64,000 bases of DNA from Rhynchopus sp. YZ270_cl-10 (Eukaryota): positions 1,240,001 to 1,304,000 of the forward strand of contig OZ037836.1 of the NCBI GenBank assembly GCA_964035575.1, in the 5' to 3' direction. Of this stretch, positions 43,966-56,082 are shown in pieces. The position numbers were made by a program, and so were the translations under genes. The notes beneath the pieces were generated by a model that was not told the origin of the DNA, did no database searches, and worked only from the letters and a program-made list of their open reading frames with translations. Within the stretch, counting starts at the first letter, position 1. Every line of letters starts with the position of its first letter.

Positions 43966-44817
43966 TCACTTCTGGCTTTGCTCGGGGGATTCGTCTCTGC
44001 TTCGTTTCGGACGTGCTTCAACCACAAGCTTACTCAGCTTCATGTCGACAACAAGATGCCTCAGCTCGCTGTTCATCACTTCGTCGGACACAACACTGCT
44101 GCAGCCGGAAAGGTAAATGCTCGTCAACGAAGTGCAGAACGCGGCAAATTGCGTAGTGTTACCAGTAAAAGGTTCCACACCAACCTGCGTCAGGTTGCTG
44201 AGTGGTGATAAATCTAGGGTGGTTAAGCTAGTGCACCTGTAAAGAAAGGTGCCACCCACCTGCCTCACATTGCTGAATGGTGACAAATCCAGGGTGGCTA
44301 AGCTCCCGCAGTACGCAAGGAAGGCCCTACCAACCTGCGTCACATTGCTCAACCCAGAGAGGTCGATACTTGTCAACGAGGTGCACTCTGCCAGGAAGCT
44401 GTCTCCAATGTGAGTCACAATGGACTCAGCACTGAGATCAAGTCTCGTCAACGAAGTGCGTCCCAAGAAGTATTTCGGAATGACAGTCGCAACCTCCGCC
44501 TGCAGAAGCAAACACGCCACCTCAGGATCCTCCACACTCTCCAACTTCTCGGCTGTGATGTCGGTAACACCCAACGCATGAAGCTCTGCAATGGCTTCTT
44601 GCTTCTGCGTCTTCGTGAGGATGATTGTGTCACCAGCACTCAGCTGCGTCATGTCCGCTCCTTCTCCCATCGCTTCGTCTCCGAAACTCATGCAAAAGCC
44701 GTCTTCAGGCAACCCCATTGCAGACGCCACCTTCCGCCGCAAGCCTTCCACTGTGTCATCCTCACCCACCTCGACTGTGTGCTGATTCGTGTCGAAACCC
44801 TTGATGTTCAGGTCCAT
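43966..44817 (-). CDS. UBL-LRR protein, subfamily B, 5 LRRs, 283 aa, tail shortened by CGA>TGA
   Basis: Start MDLNIKGFDTN; ends EQSQK*. Confidence 0.82.
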   Translation of the reverse strand: MDLNIKGFDTNQHTVEVGEDDTVEGLRRKVASAMGLPEDGFCMSFGDEAMGEGADMTQLSAGDTIILTKTQKQEAIAELHALGVTDITAEKLESVEDPEVACLLLQAEVATVIPKYFLGRTSLTRLDLSAESIVTHIGDSFLAECTSLTSIDLSGLSNVTQVGRAFLAYCGSLATLDLSPFSNVRQVGGTFLYRCTSLTTLDLSPLSNLTQVGVEPFTGNTTQFAAFCTSLTSIYLSGCSSVVSDEVMNSELRHLVVDMKLSKLVVEARPKRSRDESPEQSQK

Positions 44818-45764
44818 GTCTTTGTTGTGGTTTTGTGTTCTGATCTCTGTGTGTGGCGGGGTGCTTGGGGGTAATGAGGTGTGAAAACAATGAAGTAAGT
44901 GCATAATTATCGGGGCTCATCGGAGCCACTGTGCAATGAGGCCTATTCGATTTGGGTTGTGTTCCGGCTGGGCACCTCCTCCTGTTTCCCTGTGGAGGTA
45001 AATGACTCGTAAACAATAGTGCTGGCAATGCGGCTGGGCTGCTCATTCTGTTCTCTGTCTTTGCTGCTGTGCGTTGTGGGGTCATCTGCACAGATCGAGA
45101 ATACGTGAAGAACACACGGGCAGAAGGAGACAAGAAGAAGGCAGACATGTTGCCACTGAGACGATAGAGGTGCAAGACAAAGGGGACACCTCTGTGTGCA
45201 GAACTGTATGCTGCAAGGCTGTGATGGGATGGGAGGGATGTCTCTCTCTGTGGGGGTGGAAAAATGGCAAATCAAAGGGACTGAAATTCGCAAAAACAAT
45301 TTCGTTTTTCATCTTTTCTTGGGGAGGAGGCACAATGTAAAACCAAACGGTCTTTGTTACTAAGGTAATGAGCATCTTGCCTCACGAAACATGCTCGTGT
45401 CTCACGTGCACACATTCGTGCCCAATACCATGCTTGCCCCGTCTATGACGTTACGGCTGTTCACAGAGGTAGCCCACCCTACCTAGACACCTATGAACGG
45501 ATCACAGAGGCCCAACAACCTTCGTATCTTCAAAACATCGTGGGCAGGTGGAAGTGTGCCAGCAGATATGAGGTTTGAGCTTCTTGGAACTGAAAAACAA
45601 AGTTGAAAATACCCCCCAAAGCTGCACCTCTACCCCACGAGGCCTAGTTGTCGTTATGCCTCGTGGTATTCTGGGGTGCTTGGCGTGCTTGGGGTGCTTG
45701 GGGTGCTTCGTCTGTACTAAGATATTTTTTAAGAAAATTTTGTTCGTCATTGTGCGTGTTTCCG

Positions 45765-46461
45765 TCACTTCTGGCTTTGCTCGGGGGATTCGTCTCTGCT
45801 TCGTTTCGGACGTGCTTCAACCACAAGCTTACTCAGCTTCTTGTCCTTCCTCACTTCGTTGGACACAACACTGCTGCAGCCGGAAAGGTAAATGCTCGTC
45901 AACGAAGTGCAGTTCGCAGCAAAACGCGTCCCTGGTAAACTGCTATGAATCTGCGTCACATTGCTGAGTGGTGACAAACCCAGAGATGTTAAACTGCTGC
46001 AGTTCGCGAGGAAATATGCACCCACCTGCGTCACGTTGTTGAGTGGTGATAAATCGATGTTGGTTAAGCTGCTGCACTCGAAAAGAAAGCACGCACCAAC
46101 CTGCGTCACATTGCGGAGTGCAGATAAATCGACGTTGGTTAAGCTCGTGCAGGTAGAAAGAAAGCTGTTACCAACCTGCGTCACATTGCTCAACCCAGAG
46201 AGCTTGATGCTTGTCAACGAAGTGCAGTTGCACAGGAACCTGTCTCCAATGCGAGTCACAATGGACTCAGCACTGAGATCAAGTCTCGTCAACGAAGTGC
46301 CTGACAAGAAGTAATTCGGAATGACAGTCGCAACCTCCGCCTGCAGAAGCAAACACGCCACCTCAGGATCCTCCACACTCTCCAACTTCTCGGCTGTGAT
46401 GTCGGTCACACCCAACGCATGAAGCTCTGCAATGGCTTCGTACTTCTTCGTCTTCGTGAGG
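45765..46461 (-). pseudogene. 3' part (6 LRRs) of a subfamily B gene split by a retroposon
   Basis: Resumes at LTKTKKYEAIAEL after the duplicated target site. Confidence 0.88.
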
Positions 46462-47174
46462 TAGGGGTCCGTTTTAGGTCTCTGGCAGGCCGGGCCTTCT
46501 TTCTGTGGCCTTCCCAACCAAAAGACCCCCAAAAAACACAGGTACCTGCTGCGTTTAATGGCACTTTACCCCAGTCCCTGGAACAGATCGGCAAGCCGAC
46601 CAGCCCAGGTATGCATGCCAACACTACTGGGGGTGCACTGTTCGATAGCATAAAAGAAAAGTCAAAAAGTCAAAAAGACAAGAAGGTCAAACAAAATAGG
46701 TACTTCGAACAGGGCTGACAGGAGGGGATTCTCACCCGAGGTTCGGTGCCTGTCAGGCTGCGATTAGTGGTTCTGGGTGATTCCCTTCTTCCTAGCCACC
46801 GTTACCGCGGTGCCCGCACCGTAAGAGAGTGGGGACGGTTCACGACCGTTCGTACGCGTCAGCAAAAGTAGGGGTCGGAGTCCAGGCCCGAACCGGAAAC
46901 ATTAACCTCCGTTTTTCGAAACATTAAAAAGTAAAAATGAAAAAGAAAAATCAACAGCAAGAGCAGTGTTGCTGTAAAAGAAACAGCAGCACCGTCAGCT
47001 AACATGTCCACACAATATGGCAGACGGCCACACAAAATTCCCCTGATTTGTACAGAGAAAGTTGTAACTTCTTCCTTACAAGTAAGGGAGTGCCGGCAGG
47101 GAAGGAGTTACAACAAACAGTGAACAAACTCAAGTACCAGCCTTTCCGCGTAGCACAGACCCTACATTTGGTAG

Positions 47175-48450
47175 TTGGTCTGCCCTACTGCCTCATCTGC
47201 ACCGTAGCTGGACGCCACGGCGACAACTCCTTCATCTTCAACGTACCAAAGCACGTGAAAATAGAACAAAAACAAACAGATTGGAAAAACAACAGAGCAT
47301 GTACCTGCAGATCCACAGTTGTTTCACGTACAGTGCATACACCCTGAAAGTTTAACCTCTTCCTTCTAGCACAGACGTTGGTCTGCCCTACTGCCTCATC
47401 TGCACCGTAGCTGGACGCCACGGCGACAACTCCTTCATCTCCAACGTACCAAAGCACGTGAAAATAGAACAAAAATAAACACAATGGAAAAACAGCAGAG
47501 CATGTACCTGCAGATCCACAGTTGTTTCACGTACAATGCATACACCCTGAAAGCTTAACCTCTTCCTTCTAGCACAGACGTTGGTCTGCCCTACTGCCTC
47601 ATCTGCACCGTAGCTGGACGCCACGGCGACAACTCCTTCATCTCCAACGTACCAAAGCACGTGAAAATAGAACAAAAATAAACACAATGGAAAAACAGCA
47701 GAGCATGTACCTGCAGATCCACAGTTGTTTCACGTACAGTGCATACACCCTGAAAGTTTAACCTCTTCCTTCTAGCACAGACGTTGGTCTGCCCTACTGC
47801 CTCATCTGCACCGTAGCTGGACGCCACGGCGACAACTCCTTCATCTCCAACGTACCAAAGCACGTGAAAATAGAACAAAAATAAACACAATGGAAAAACA
47901 GCAGAGCATGTACCTGCAGATCCACAGTTGTTTCACGTACAGTGCATACACCCTGAAAGCTTAACCTCTTCCTTCTAGCACAGACGTTGGTCTGCCCTAC
48001 TGCCTCTTCTGCACCGTAGCTGAGCCACGGCGACAACTCCTTCATCTATCAACGTACCAAAGCACGTGAAAATAGAACAAAAATAAACACATTGGAAAAA
48101 CAGCAGAGCATGTACCTGCAGATCCACAGTTGTTTCACGTACAGTGCATACACCCTGAAAGCTTAACCTCTTCCTTCTAGCACAGACGTTGGTCTGCCCT
48201 ACTGCCTCTTCTGCACCGTAGCTGAGCCACGGCGACAACTCCTTCATCTATCAACGTACCAAAGCACGTGAAAATAGAACAAAAATAAACACATTGGAAA
48301 AACAGCAGAGCATGTACCTGCAGATCCACAGTTGTTTCACGTACAATGCATACACCCTGAAAGTTTAACCTCTTCCTTCTAGCACAGACGTTGGTCTGCC
48401 CTACTACTTCTTCTGCACCGTAGCTGAATGCCACGGCGACAACTTGTACC
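47175..48450. repeat. 202-203-bp tandem repeat, 6 full units plus a partial; degenerate copies extend to about 48740
   Basis: TTGGTCTGCCCTACT recurs at about 47175, 47378, 47581, 47784, 47987, 48189 and 48391. Confidence 0.95.
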
Positions 48451-49051
48451 CACCTGCGAATGAATGTTCGCAGATCCCTTCTTCTACTAACTTATAAAAA
48501 CGTAAAAACAGACCAAAAACTACAACATGCCACACTGAATTAACGACAGAGCACGCACCTGCAGATCCACAGATGTTTCACTACGGTGTACACAGCCTGA
48601 GGTTAAACACATAACACAAGAATTCTACTACGGCAAAAAGATGAAAACTGAACTGAACTGAACAAAACTACAACACACCACACTGAATACACAAGAGCAC
48701 GTACCTGCTGATCCACAGTTGTTTCACATACAGTGTACGCACCAACAAAGCAACAAAACGTTCCCATGCGGTCAAACGACAACACAGGAACAGCAACAAT
48801 ATTCCGTCACCAGTAGAGACACCGGCAACGCTTCCTTCTTGTACCTGGGATCCCCTCATCGGCATCAACACACTCCCAGTCACCGCACAGGTAACAGATC
48901 CTTGAAACCCCTCGAAGGGGTTTGCGTAGCCTACATAAGCTGGTGATCTGCCCGAAATTGACTGTGATGTTGTGTTAATAACCAGGGTTCCCACGTCGGC
49001 TTGTTCCTCCTCCGGTCCCGAGCGAATCCATCATTGGAGAGGCGGCCGCCC

Positions 49052-49125
49052 ACGCTGACTCAGTACCATGCGAACACGGCGTCCAGGGGCCCCACTTGGC
49101 GGTTGGTCAGACGTTAATTGCCCCC
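49052..49125 (-). ncRNA. HDV-like ribozyme candidate at the retroposon 5' end
   Basis: GGGGGC(P1) AATTA ACGTCTGAC(P2) CAA CC(P3) GCCAAGT(L3) GG(P3') G GCCCCT(P1', G1-U wobble) GG(P1.1) AC GCCGTG TTCG CATGGT(P4) ACTGA(J4/2) GTCAGCGT(P2'); P3 has only 2 Watson-Crick pairs. Confidence 0.7.
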
Positions 49126-49340
49126 TTCTTCGTCTTCGTGAGGATGATTGTGTCACCAGCACTCAGCTGCGTCATGTCCGCTCCTTCTCCCATCGCTTCG
49201 TCTCCGAAACTCATGCAAAAGCTGTCTTCAGGCAACCCCATTGCAGTCGCCACCTTCCGCCGCAAGCCCTCCACTGTGTCATCTGCACCCACCTCGACTG
49301 TGTGCTGATTCGTGTCGAAACCCTTGATGTTCACGTCCAT
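49126..49340 (-). pseudogene. 5' part (UBL domain) of the split subfamily B gene
   Basis: MDVNIKGFDTN...TIILTKTKK followed by the insertion. Confidence 0.88.
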
Positions 49341-50565
49341 GTCTTTGTTGTGGTTTTGTGTTGTGATCTCTGTGTGTGGTGGTGGGGTGTGGAGGACAAC
49401 AAACCTGGGGTCGTTTTCAAGAACCTTGCCCACCAACACTGTGGGGAGAAGGGGTTCGAAAGGGCAAGAACACGACCGTTTTGGTCCTAGAAATTTAGGG
49501 GGAAAGGAATTATTGTGCTCGGTTGTGTGCACATGCGTATCGAACGTATGGCTCCAGGTGTGTCGGTTGGTTAGGGGTAACCGCACATATCATCCTCACA
49601 AATAAGGCAACAACGGAACACCGAAATGACAACTTCGCAAACGTTGTCTCAGCACACATCCAAGGATATGCAACACAACGATGCCCACTGTCCCTCTCCC
49701 CGACCCACAACCCCCGACTTCAGATCTCTCACCTCTCCACCCCCTCTCCCTGAACCAGCGCCCTTCACAGACGTTCCCTCCTCACGAAAGCAAACCCACC
49801 TTCCCCTGCCCCATGCACCTTTACCTGCCCCGTTCTGCACAAGAAACCCGCACAGCCTCCACGCTGTCTCCACCCACCCCACGCAAGGAAGAACGCCAAA
49901 GGTGTTCTCGTGCTGCAACCACAGACAAGCTGAGGTGCCAGACAAATGCACGAAAGCACCCCACCGCCAGACACAGCTTCCCCTCCCACCATCACCACAA
50001 AGGATCGAGGGAAGCGCCACACCCAAACCCCCCAAACTCACAACACTGTCCACCTCCACCTCCCACAAAGACAGCCGTTCACCCCAAGCACAGCAAAGCG
50101 CCTCAAAACAAAGCGCATCCTCCCCCCTGAGTCCCCCCAGTCACACCATCAAGTGAAAGCACGCCATCAGTGCATCGGAGCACACAACGGAAGCCACTCG
50201 CCTCCGTCATCACACCTCACACCTCTTCGTGCAAAGCTACCAAGAAGACAGTGAAAGACCACGTGGTGTCAACGAGTTCAGAGTGATGAATTGCAGAAAA
50301 AAAAAGGGGGGTTGGGAGGGGAAGTACGTTGTAATGAATAAGACATGGGTTTTTGTGGGGATTCTTTTGCAGCACAGAGTAAAAGAACACAATGTGTGGA
50401 ACGTCTTGCTCAGCACAGCTCTCCTCTCGCACCAAGTAGTAGTCTGTGCCACGGTGAGCAAGACTGTGCCCCTCTTCTTCTCCGAACCAGAGGACGCAAG
50501 CAGACATACTGCCAGAGACCCTCCACCTCGGGGAGGTGCTGCCCTCCCACCAACACACCACGCCG

Positions 50566-51630
50566 TCATTGTGCGTGTCTCCGTCGCTTCTGGCTTTGCT
50601 CGGGGGATTCGTCTCTGCTTCGTTTCGGACGTGCTTCAACCACAAGCTTACTCAGCTCGCCGTTCCTCACTTCGTTGGACACAATACTGCTGCAGCCGGA
50701 AAGGTGAATGCTCGTCAACGAAGTGCAACCGACAGCTAGTTCCGTTGTACCAGACCAAGGATTCAAATCAATCGACGTCACCTTGCTGAGTGGTGACAGA
50801 TCCAGGGTCGTTAAGCCGCTGCAGTTCTGAAGGAACTCTGCGCCAACCTGTGTAACGTTGCTGAGCGGTGATAAATCTAGGGTTGTTAAGCTGCTGCAGC
50901 TTTCAAGAAAGTCGCACTCAATTTCCGTCACGTTGCTGAGTGCTGACAAATCGACGGAGGTTAAACTGACGCAGTCGTACAGGAAGTGCTCGCCAACATG
51001 CGTCACATTCCTGAGCGGAGGAAAATAGACGATGGTTAAGCTCGTGCATCCCTCGAGAAAAGCGCACTCAATGTTTGCCATGTTCCTGAGTGCTGACAAA
51101 TCCAGGGTCGTTAAACTCCTGCAGTTCATAAGAAACTCTGAACCGACCTGCGTCACATTGCTCAACCCAGAGAGGTCGATACTTGTCAACGAGGTGCAGT
51201 CTGCCAGGAAGCCGTCTCCAATGTGAGTCACAATGGACTCAGCACTGAGATCAAGTCTCGTCAACGAAGTGCGTGCCAAGAAGTCATTCGGAATGACAGT
51301 CGCAACCTCCGCCTGCAGAAGCAAACACGCCACCTCAGGATCCTCCACACTCTCCAACTTCTCGGCTGTGATGTCGGTCACACCCAACGCATGAAGCTCT
51401 GCAATGGCTTCTTGCTTCTTCGTCTTCGTGAGGATGATTGTGTCACCAGCACTCAGCTGCGTCATGTCCGCTCCTTCTCCCATCGCTTCGTCTCCGAAAC
51501 TCATGCAAAAGCTGTCTTCAGGCAACCCCATTGCAGACGCCACCTTCCGCCGCAAGCCCTCCACTGTGTCATCTTCACCCACCTCGACTGTGTGCTGATT
51601 CGTGTCGAAACCCTTGATGTTCAGGTCCAT
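50566..51630 (-). CDS. UBL-LRR protein, subfamily B, 8 LRRs, 354 aa
   Basis: Start MDLNIKGFDTN; intact ORF and tail. Confidence 0.87.
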   Translation of the reverse strand: MDLNIKGFDTNQHTVEVGEDDTVEGLRRKVASAMGLPEDSFCMSFGDEAMGEGADMTQLSAGDTIILTKTKKQEAIAELHALGVTDITAEKLESVEDPEVACLLLQAEVATVIPNDFLARTSLTRLDLSAESIVTHIGDGFLADCTSLTSIDLSGLSNVTQVGSEFLMNCRSLTTLDLSALRNMANIECAFLEGCTSLTIVYFPPLRNVTHVGEHFLYDCVSLTSVDLSALSNVTEIECDFLESCSSLTTLDLSPLSNVTQVGAEFLQNCSGLTTLDLSPLSKVTSIDLNPWSGTTELAVGCTSLTSIHLSGCSSIVSNEVRNGELSKLVVEARPKRSRDESPEQSQKRRRHAQ

Positions 51631-53097
51631 TTGTTTGTTGTGGTTTTGTGTTCTGATCTCTGTGTGTGGCGGGGTGCTTGGGGGTAATGAGGTGTGAAAA
51701 CAATAAAGTAAGTGCATAATTATCGGGGATCATTGGAGCCACTGTGCAATGAGGCCTATTCGATTTGGGTTGTGTTCCGGCTGGGCTCCTCCTCCTGTTT
51801 CCCTGTGTAGGTAAATGACTCGTAAACAATAGTGCTGGCAATGCGGCTGGGCTGCTCATTCTGCTCTCTGTCTTTGCTGCTGTGCGTTGTGGGGTCGTCT
51901 GCACAGATCGAGAATACGTGAAGAACACACGGGCAGAAGGAGACAAGAAGAAGGCAGACATGTTGCCACTGAAACAATAGAGGTGCAAGACAAAGGGGAC
52001 ACCTCTGTGTGCAGAACTGTATGCTGCAAGGCTGTCCTGGGATGGGAAGGATGAAAAATGGCTCAAAAGTGCTAAAATTCGCAAAAACAGTTTCTTTTTC
52101 CATCTTTAGAGCAGGCACAATGTTTTCTTCACAGGATCCTTAAAACAGAGCAAATAGAAGGAGTACGCTTTGCAGGAGGTGTCAGAATGCTTTTCTTTCC
52201 TATTTTGAAAACTTGGTTGTATTAGTGTAGCCACACTGCTACAGTATGTTGTTTTGTTTTGGCGGAATTATTTGCATTTGCACCTTTGCACAAACATGTC
52301 TGCAGTCAACTCATTTAGAGTCACCCACGTGAACGTCCTTTAGCAGACCCTGCAGAAGCTCTCGTGTTGACCTTCGGGACAAAAGAGTAAACAACTTCAT
52401 GCATATTGGAGTGGCCAATCCTCCTGTAGCATGCAAAAAGGCAAGATCTTAACGAACACACTCTGTTGATTCTAAAAACGGGGGTGGGGAAAAAATCGCG
52501 AATAGAAAAATGGGGGGAGACATTAAAAAGTTAGAACGCTTCCTCACCCCCACATCACACTAAAATACAAAGGTTTGGGTTTGAATAGTTATTGAAAAAG
52601 TAACATAACTCCTCTCGAAATAGTTCAACATTGAACTGAGAGAAATAAGAGGAAAACCCGAAACCCTCCCAGACCAAACGGTCTAACCTGTTGTATTGAT
52701 ATAGTGTGGGGAGAATGAGGAGCACGAGAATCGTCTTCGCGTATACTAAAAGATTTCCTACGATATGTCACAAGTGTCATGTCCCCGAAAAATAGAAATA
52801 GAGTCATTGAGTGAGAAAACATCAAGTATTTTCATCATATAAACATCAATAAAAAGGGAAATCCTAACAGGCAGAGGAGTGAAAAGAAAGCTTCACAATG
52901 GGGACACGGCGTAACATAACACAATGTGTGGAACGTCTTGCTCAGCACAGCTCTCCTCTCGCACCAAGTAATAGTCTGTGCCACGGTGAGCAAGACTGTG
53001 CCCCTCTTCTTCTCCGAACCAGAGGACGCAAGCAGACATACTGCCAGAGACCCTCCACCTCGGGGAGGTGCTGCCCTGCCACCAACACACCACGTCG

Positions 53098-54309
53098 TCA
53101 TTGTGCGTGTCTCCGTCGCTTCTGGCTTTGCTCGGGGGATTCGTCTCTGCTTCGTTTCGCACGTGCTTCAACCACAAGCTTCCTCAGCTTCTTGTCGTTC
53201 CTCACTTCGTTGGACACAACACTGCTGCAGCCGGAAAGGTAAATGCTCGTCAACGAAGTGCAGTTCGCAGCAATGTTTGGAGGACCAAATGCCAAAAGAA
53301 ATGTCCTCACGTTGCTGAGTGGGGATAAATCAAGAGTCGTTAAGCTCCTGCAGCCGTCAAGAAAGCTGCTACCCATGTGCGTCACGTTGTTGAGTGGTGA
53401 GACATCGACAGAGGTTAAGCTGCGGCATTTGTAAAGGAAGCAATAGTCAACGTGCGTCACGTTGCTGAACGGAGATAAATCAAGTTTCGTTAAGCTCTTG
53501 CAGCTGCACATAAAACCGCCAGCAATGTGCGTCACATTGCTGAGTGCTGATAAATCGATGCTGGTTAAGCTCTCGCAGCCGGAAAGAAATATGCTCTCGA
53601 TCCGCGTCACATTACTGAATGCAGATAAATCGAGGGTCGTTAAGCTGATGCAGTCGTCAAGAAAGCTGCCAGACACCTGCGTCACGTTGCTGAGTGGAGA
53701 AAAATCGACAGTTGTTAAGCTCCTGCAGCCGGAAAGAAAGCAGCGAGGAATATGCGTAACATTGCTGAGTGGCGAAAAATCCAGGGTCGTTAAACTGCTG
53801 CAGCTGGAAAGAAAGCGCGCACCAATCACCGTGACATTGCTCAACCCAGAGAGGTCGATACTTCTCAACGAGTAGCAGCCTGCCAGGAAGCCGTCTCCAA
53901 TGCGAGTCACAATGGACTCAGCACTGAGATCAAGTCTCGTCAACGAAGTTTCTCCCAAGAAGTAATTCGGAATGACAGTCGCAACCTCCGCCTGCAGAAG
54001 CAAACACGCCACCTCAGGATCCTCCACACTCTGCAACTTCTCGGCTGTGATGTCTGTCTCACCCAACGCATGAAGCTCTGCAATGGCTTCTTGCTTCTGC
54101 GTCTTCGTGAGGATGATTGTGTCACCAGCACTCAGCTGCGTTATGTCCGCTCCTTCTCCCATCGCTTCGCCTCCGAAACTCATAGAAAAGCTGTCTTCAG
54201 GCAACCCCATTGCAGTCGCCACCTTCCGCCGCAAGTCCTCCACTGTGTCATCTTCACCCAGCTCGACTGTGTGCTGATTCGTGTCGAAACCCTTGATGTT
54301 CACGTCCAT
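53098..54309 (-). CDS. UBL-LRR protein, subfamily B, 10 LRRs, 403 aa
   Basis: Start MDVNIKGFDTN; intact ORF and tail. Confidence 0.87.
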   Translation of the reverse strand: MDVNIKGFDTNQHTVELGEDDTVEDLRRKVATAMGLPEDSFSMSFGGEAMGEGADITQLSAGDTIILTKTQKQEAIAELHALGETDITAEKLQSVEDPEVACLLLQAEVATVIPNYFLGETSLTRLDLSAESIVTRIGDGFLAGCYSLRSIDLSGLSNVTVIGARFLSSCSSLTTLDFSPLSNVTHIPRCFLSGCRSLTTVDFSPLSNVTQVSGSFLDDCISLTTLDLSAFSNVTRIESIFLSGCESLTSIDLSALSNVTHIAGGFMCSCKSLTKLDLSPFSNVTHVDYCFLYKCRSLTSVDVSPLNNVTHMGSSFLDGCRSLTTLDLSPLSNVRTFLLAFGPPNIAANCTSLTSIYLSGCSSVVSNEVRNDKKLRKLVVEARAKRSRDESPEQSQKRRRHAQ

Positions 54310-54368
54310 TTGTTTGTTGTGGTTTTGTGTTGTGATCTCTGTGTGTGGTGGGGTGTGGAGGACAACAA

Positions 54369-54811
54369 GTACCAGTTGGCACAGTGTACCACAAGGCGCT
54401 GGAAGGATACACTGCTGTGCGTTTAGCCTTGGCGGACGATGTGGACAGGAACAGAATGTTCCTGACGTGTCGTGCAAATTGCATCACAAGAACACCATTC
54501 GCCTCCACACGGTGCACCAGTGCACAAAGGAGATGGCCCGTTGGCTCAACCTCGACCATTCAAATCAATACACCAGTCACAGCCTTAGAAGGTCTGCTGC
54601 AACCACCGCTGCTGACTCCGGGTCCACCGAGGTGAGTATGATGCGCCACTTTGGGTGGCGAAGTGCACAAATGGCGAACCACTCTGTGAGAGAGTCTGCA
54701 TTGGGAAGGGCAGAAATGGCAGGTGCCATCATGCATGAGCCAGGATCAGCGCCAGAGGAAACACCCCCGCAGGAACCCCCAGTACTGTCTACTGGGGTGG
54801 GTCATTTCGAG
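54369..54811 (+). pseudogene. Tyrosine recombinase catalytic-domain fragment, Crypton-like
   Basis: RMFL...KEMARWLNL...YTSHSLRRSAATTAADSG...MRHFGWRSAQMANHSVRES: HxLR box, HxGW, and the catalytic Tyr position reads Ser (TCT); one frameshift. Confidence 0.8.
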
Positions 54812-55111
54812 TGGTGTCAACGAGTTCAGTAGTGATTTTTTCAGAAAAAAAGGGGGGTTGGGCGGGGAGGTACGTTGTAATGAATAAGACATGGGTTTTT
54901 GTGGGTATTCTTTTGCAGCACAGAGTAAAATCACACAATGTGTGGAACGTCTTGCTCAGCACAGCTCTCCTCTCGCACCAAGTAGTAGTCTGTGCCACGG
55001 TGAGCAAGACTGTGCCCCTCTTCTTCTCCGAACCAGAGGACGCAAGCAGACATACTGCCAGAGACCCTCCACCTCGGGGAGGTGCTGCCCTGCCACCAAC
55101 ACACCACGTCG

Positions 55112-56023
55112 TCATTGTGCGTGTCTCCGTCGCTTCTGGCTTTGCTCGGGGGATTCGTCTCTGCTTCGTTTCGGACGTGCTTCAACCACAAGCTTACTCA
55201 GCTCGCCCTTCCTCACTGCGTCGGACACAACACTGCTGCAGCCGGAAAGGTAAATGCTCGTCAACGAAGTGCAGTGCGCAGCAAAGTGCGTACCTCCAGC
55301 ACGGCTGCCGATATGCGTAACGTTCCTGAGTGGCGACAAATACAGGGTCGTTAAGCTGGTGCAGTGCTGTAGGAACCACGCACCAACCTTCGTTACGTTG
55401 CTGAGTGGTGACAAATCCAGGGATGTTAAGCTGCTGCAGTTGTAAAGGAAGCCCGCACCAACCTGCGTCACATTGCTGAGTGCTGATAAATCGACGTTGG
55501 TTAAGTTGCTGCAGCCGTAAAGAAAGTGCTCACCAACCCGCGTCACGTTGCTCAACCCAGAGATGTCAAGACTTGTCAACGAGGTGCAGTGGGCCAGGAA
55601 CCTGTCTCCAATGCGAGTCACAATGGACTCAGCACTGAGATCAAGTCTCGTCAACCAAGTGTCGAACAAGAACCAATTCGGAATGACAGTCGTAACCTCC
55701 GCCTGCAGAAGCAAACACGCCACCTCAGGATCCCTCACACTCTCCAACTTCTCGGCTGTGATGTCGGTCACACCCAACGCATGAAGCTCTGCAATGGCTT
55801 CTTGCTTCTGCGACGCCTTCGTGAGGATGATTGTGTCACCAGCACTCAGCTGCGTCATGTCCGCTCCTTCTCCCATCACTTCGCCTCCGAAACTCATGCA
55901 AAAGCCGTCTTCAGGCAACCCCATTGCAGTCGCCACCTTCCGCCGCAAGCCCTCCACTGTGTCATCTTCACCCACCTCGACTGTGTGCTGATTCGTGTCG
56001 AAACCCTTGATGTTCAGGTCCAT
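55112..56023 (-). CDS. UBL-LRR protein, subfamily B, 6 LRRs, 303 aa
   Basis: Start MDLNIKGFDTN; intact ORF and tail. Confidence 0.87.
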   Translation of the reverse strand: MDLNIKGFDTNQHTVEVGEDDTVEGLRRKVATAMGLPEDGFCMSFGGEVMGEGADMTQLSAGDTIILTKASQKQEAIAELHALGVTDITAEKLESVRDPEVACLLLQAEVTTVIPNWFLFDTWLTRLDLSAESIVTRIGDRFLAHCTSLTSLDISGLSNVTRVGEHFLYGCSNLTNVDLSALSNVTQVGAGFLYNCSSLTSLDLSPLSNVTKVGAWFLQHCTSLTTLYLSPLRNVTHIGSRAGGTHFAAHCTSLTSIYLSGCSSVVSDAVRKGELSKLVVEARPKRSRDESPEQSQKRRRHAQ

Positions 56024-56082
56024 GTCTTTGTTGTGGTTTTGTGTTCTGATCTCTGTGTGTGGTGGGGTGTGGAGGACAACAA

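Larger units (their letters stand above)
46462..49125 (-). mobile_element. 2.66-kb non-coding retroposon (SINE/SIDER-like) with 18-19-bp TSD, 5' HDV-like fold and internal tandem repeats
   Basis: (C)TTCTTCGTCTTCGTGAGG at 46443-46461 and 49125-49143; no TIRs; no long ORF; orientation inferred from the ribozyme. Confidence 0.88.

Noticed and set aside
46693..46900. GC-rich hairpins inside the retroposon as tRNA or another ncRNA
   Set aside because: Stem-loops are present (CTGACAGG...CCTGTCAG), but no cloverleaf, Pol III boxes or known ribozyme core could be assigned
47175..48450. CRISPR-like array
   Set aside because: Whole 203-bp units are repeated with no unique spacers; eukaryotic context; no cas genes
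54355..54385. Spliced-leader relic upstream of the genes (GGTACTTGTTG on the minus strand)
   Set aside because: Only a weak, short resemblance to the 3' end of euglenozoan spliced leaders, and absent from the other upstream types
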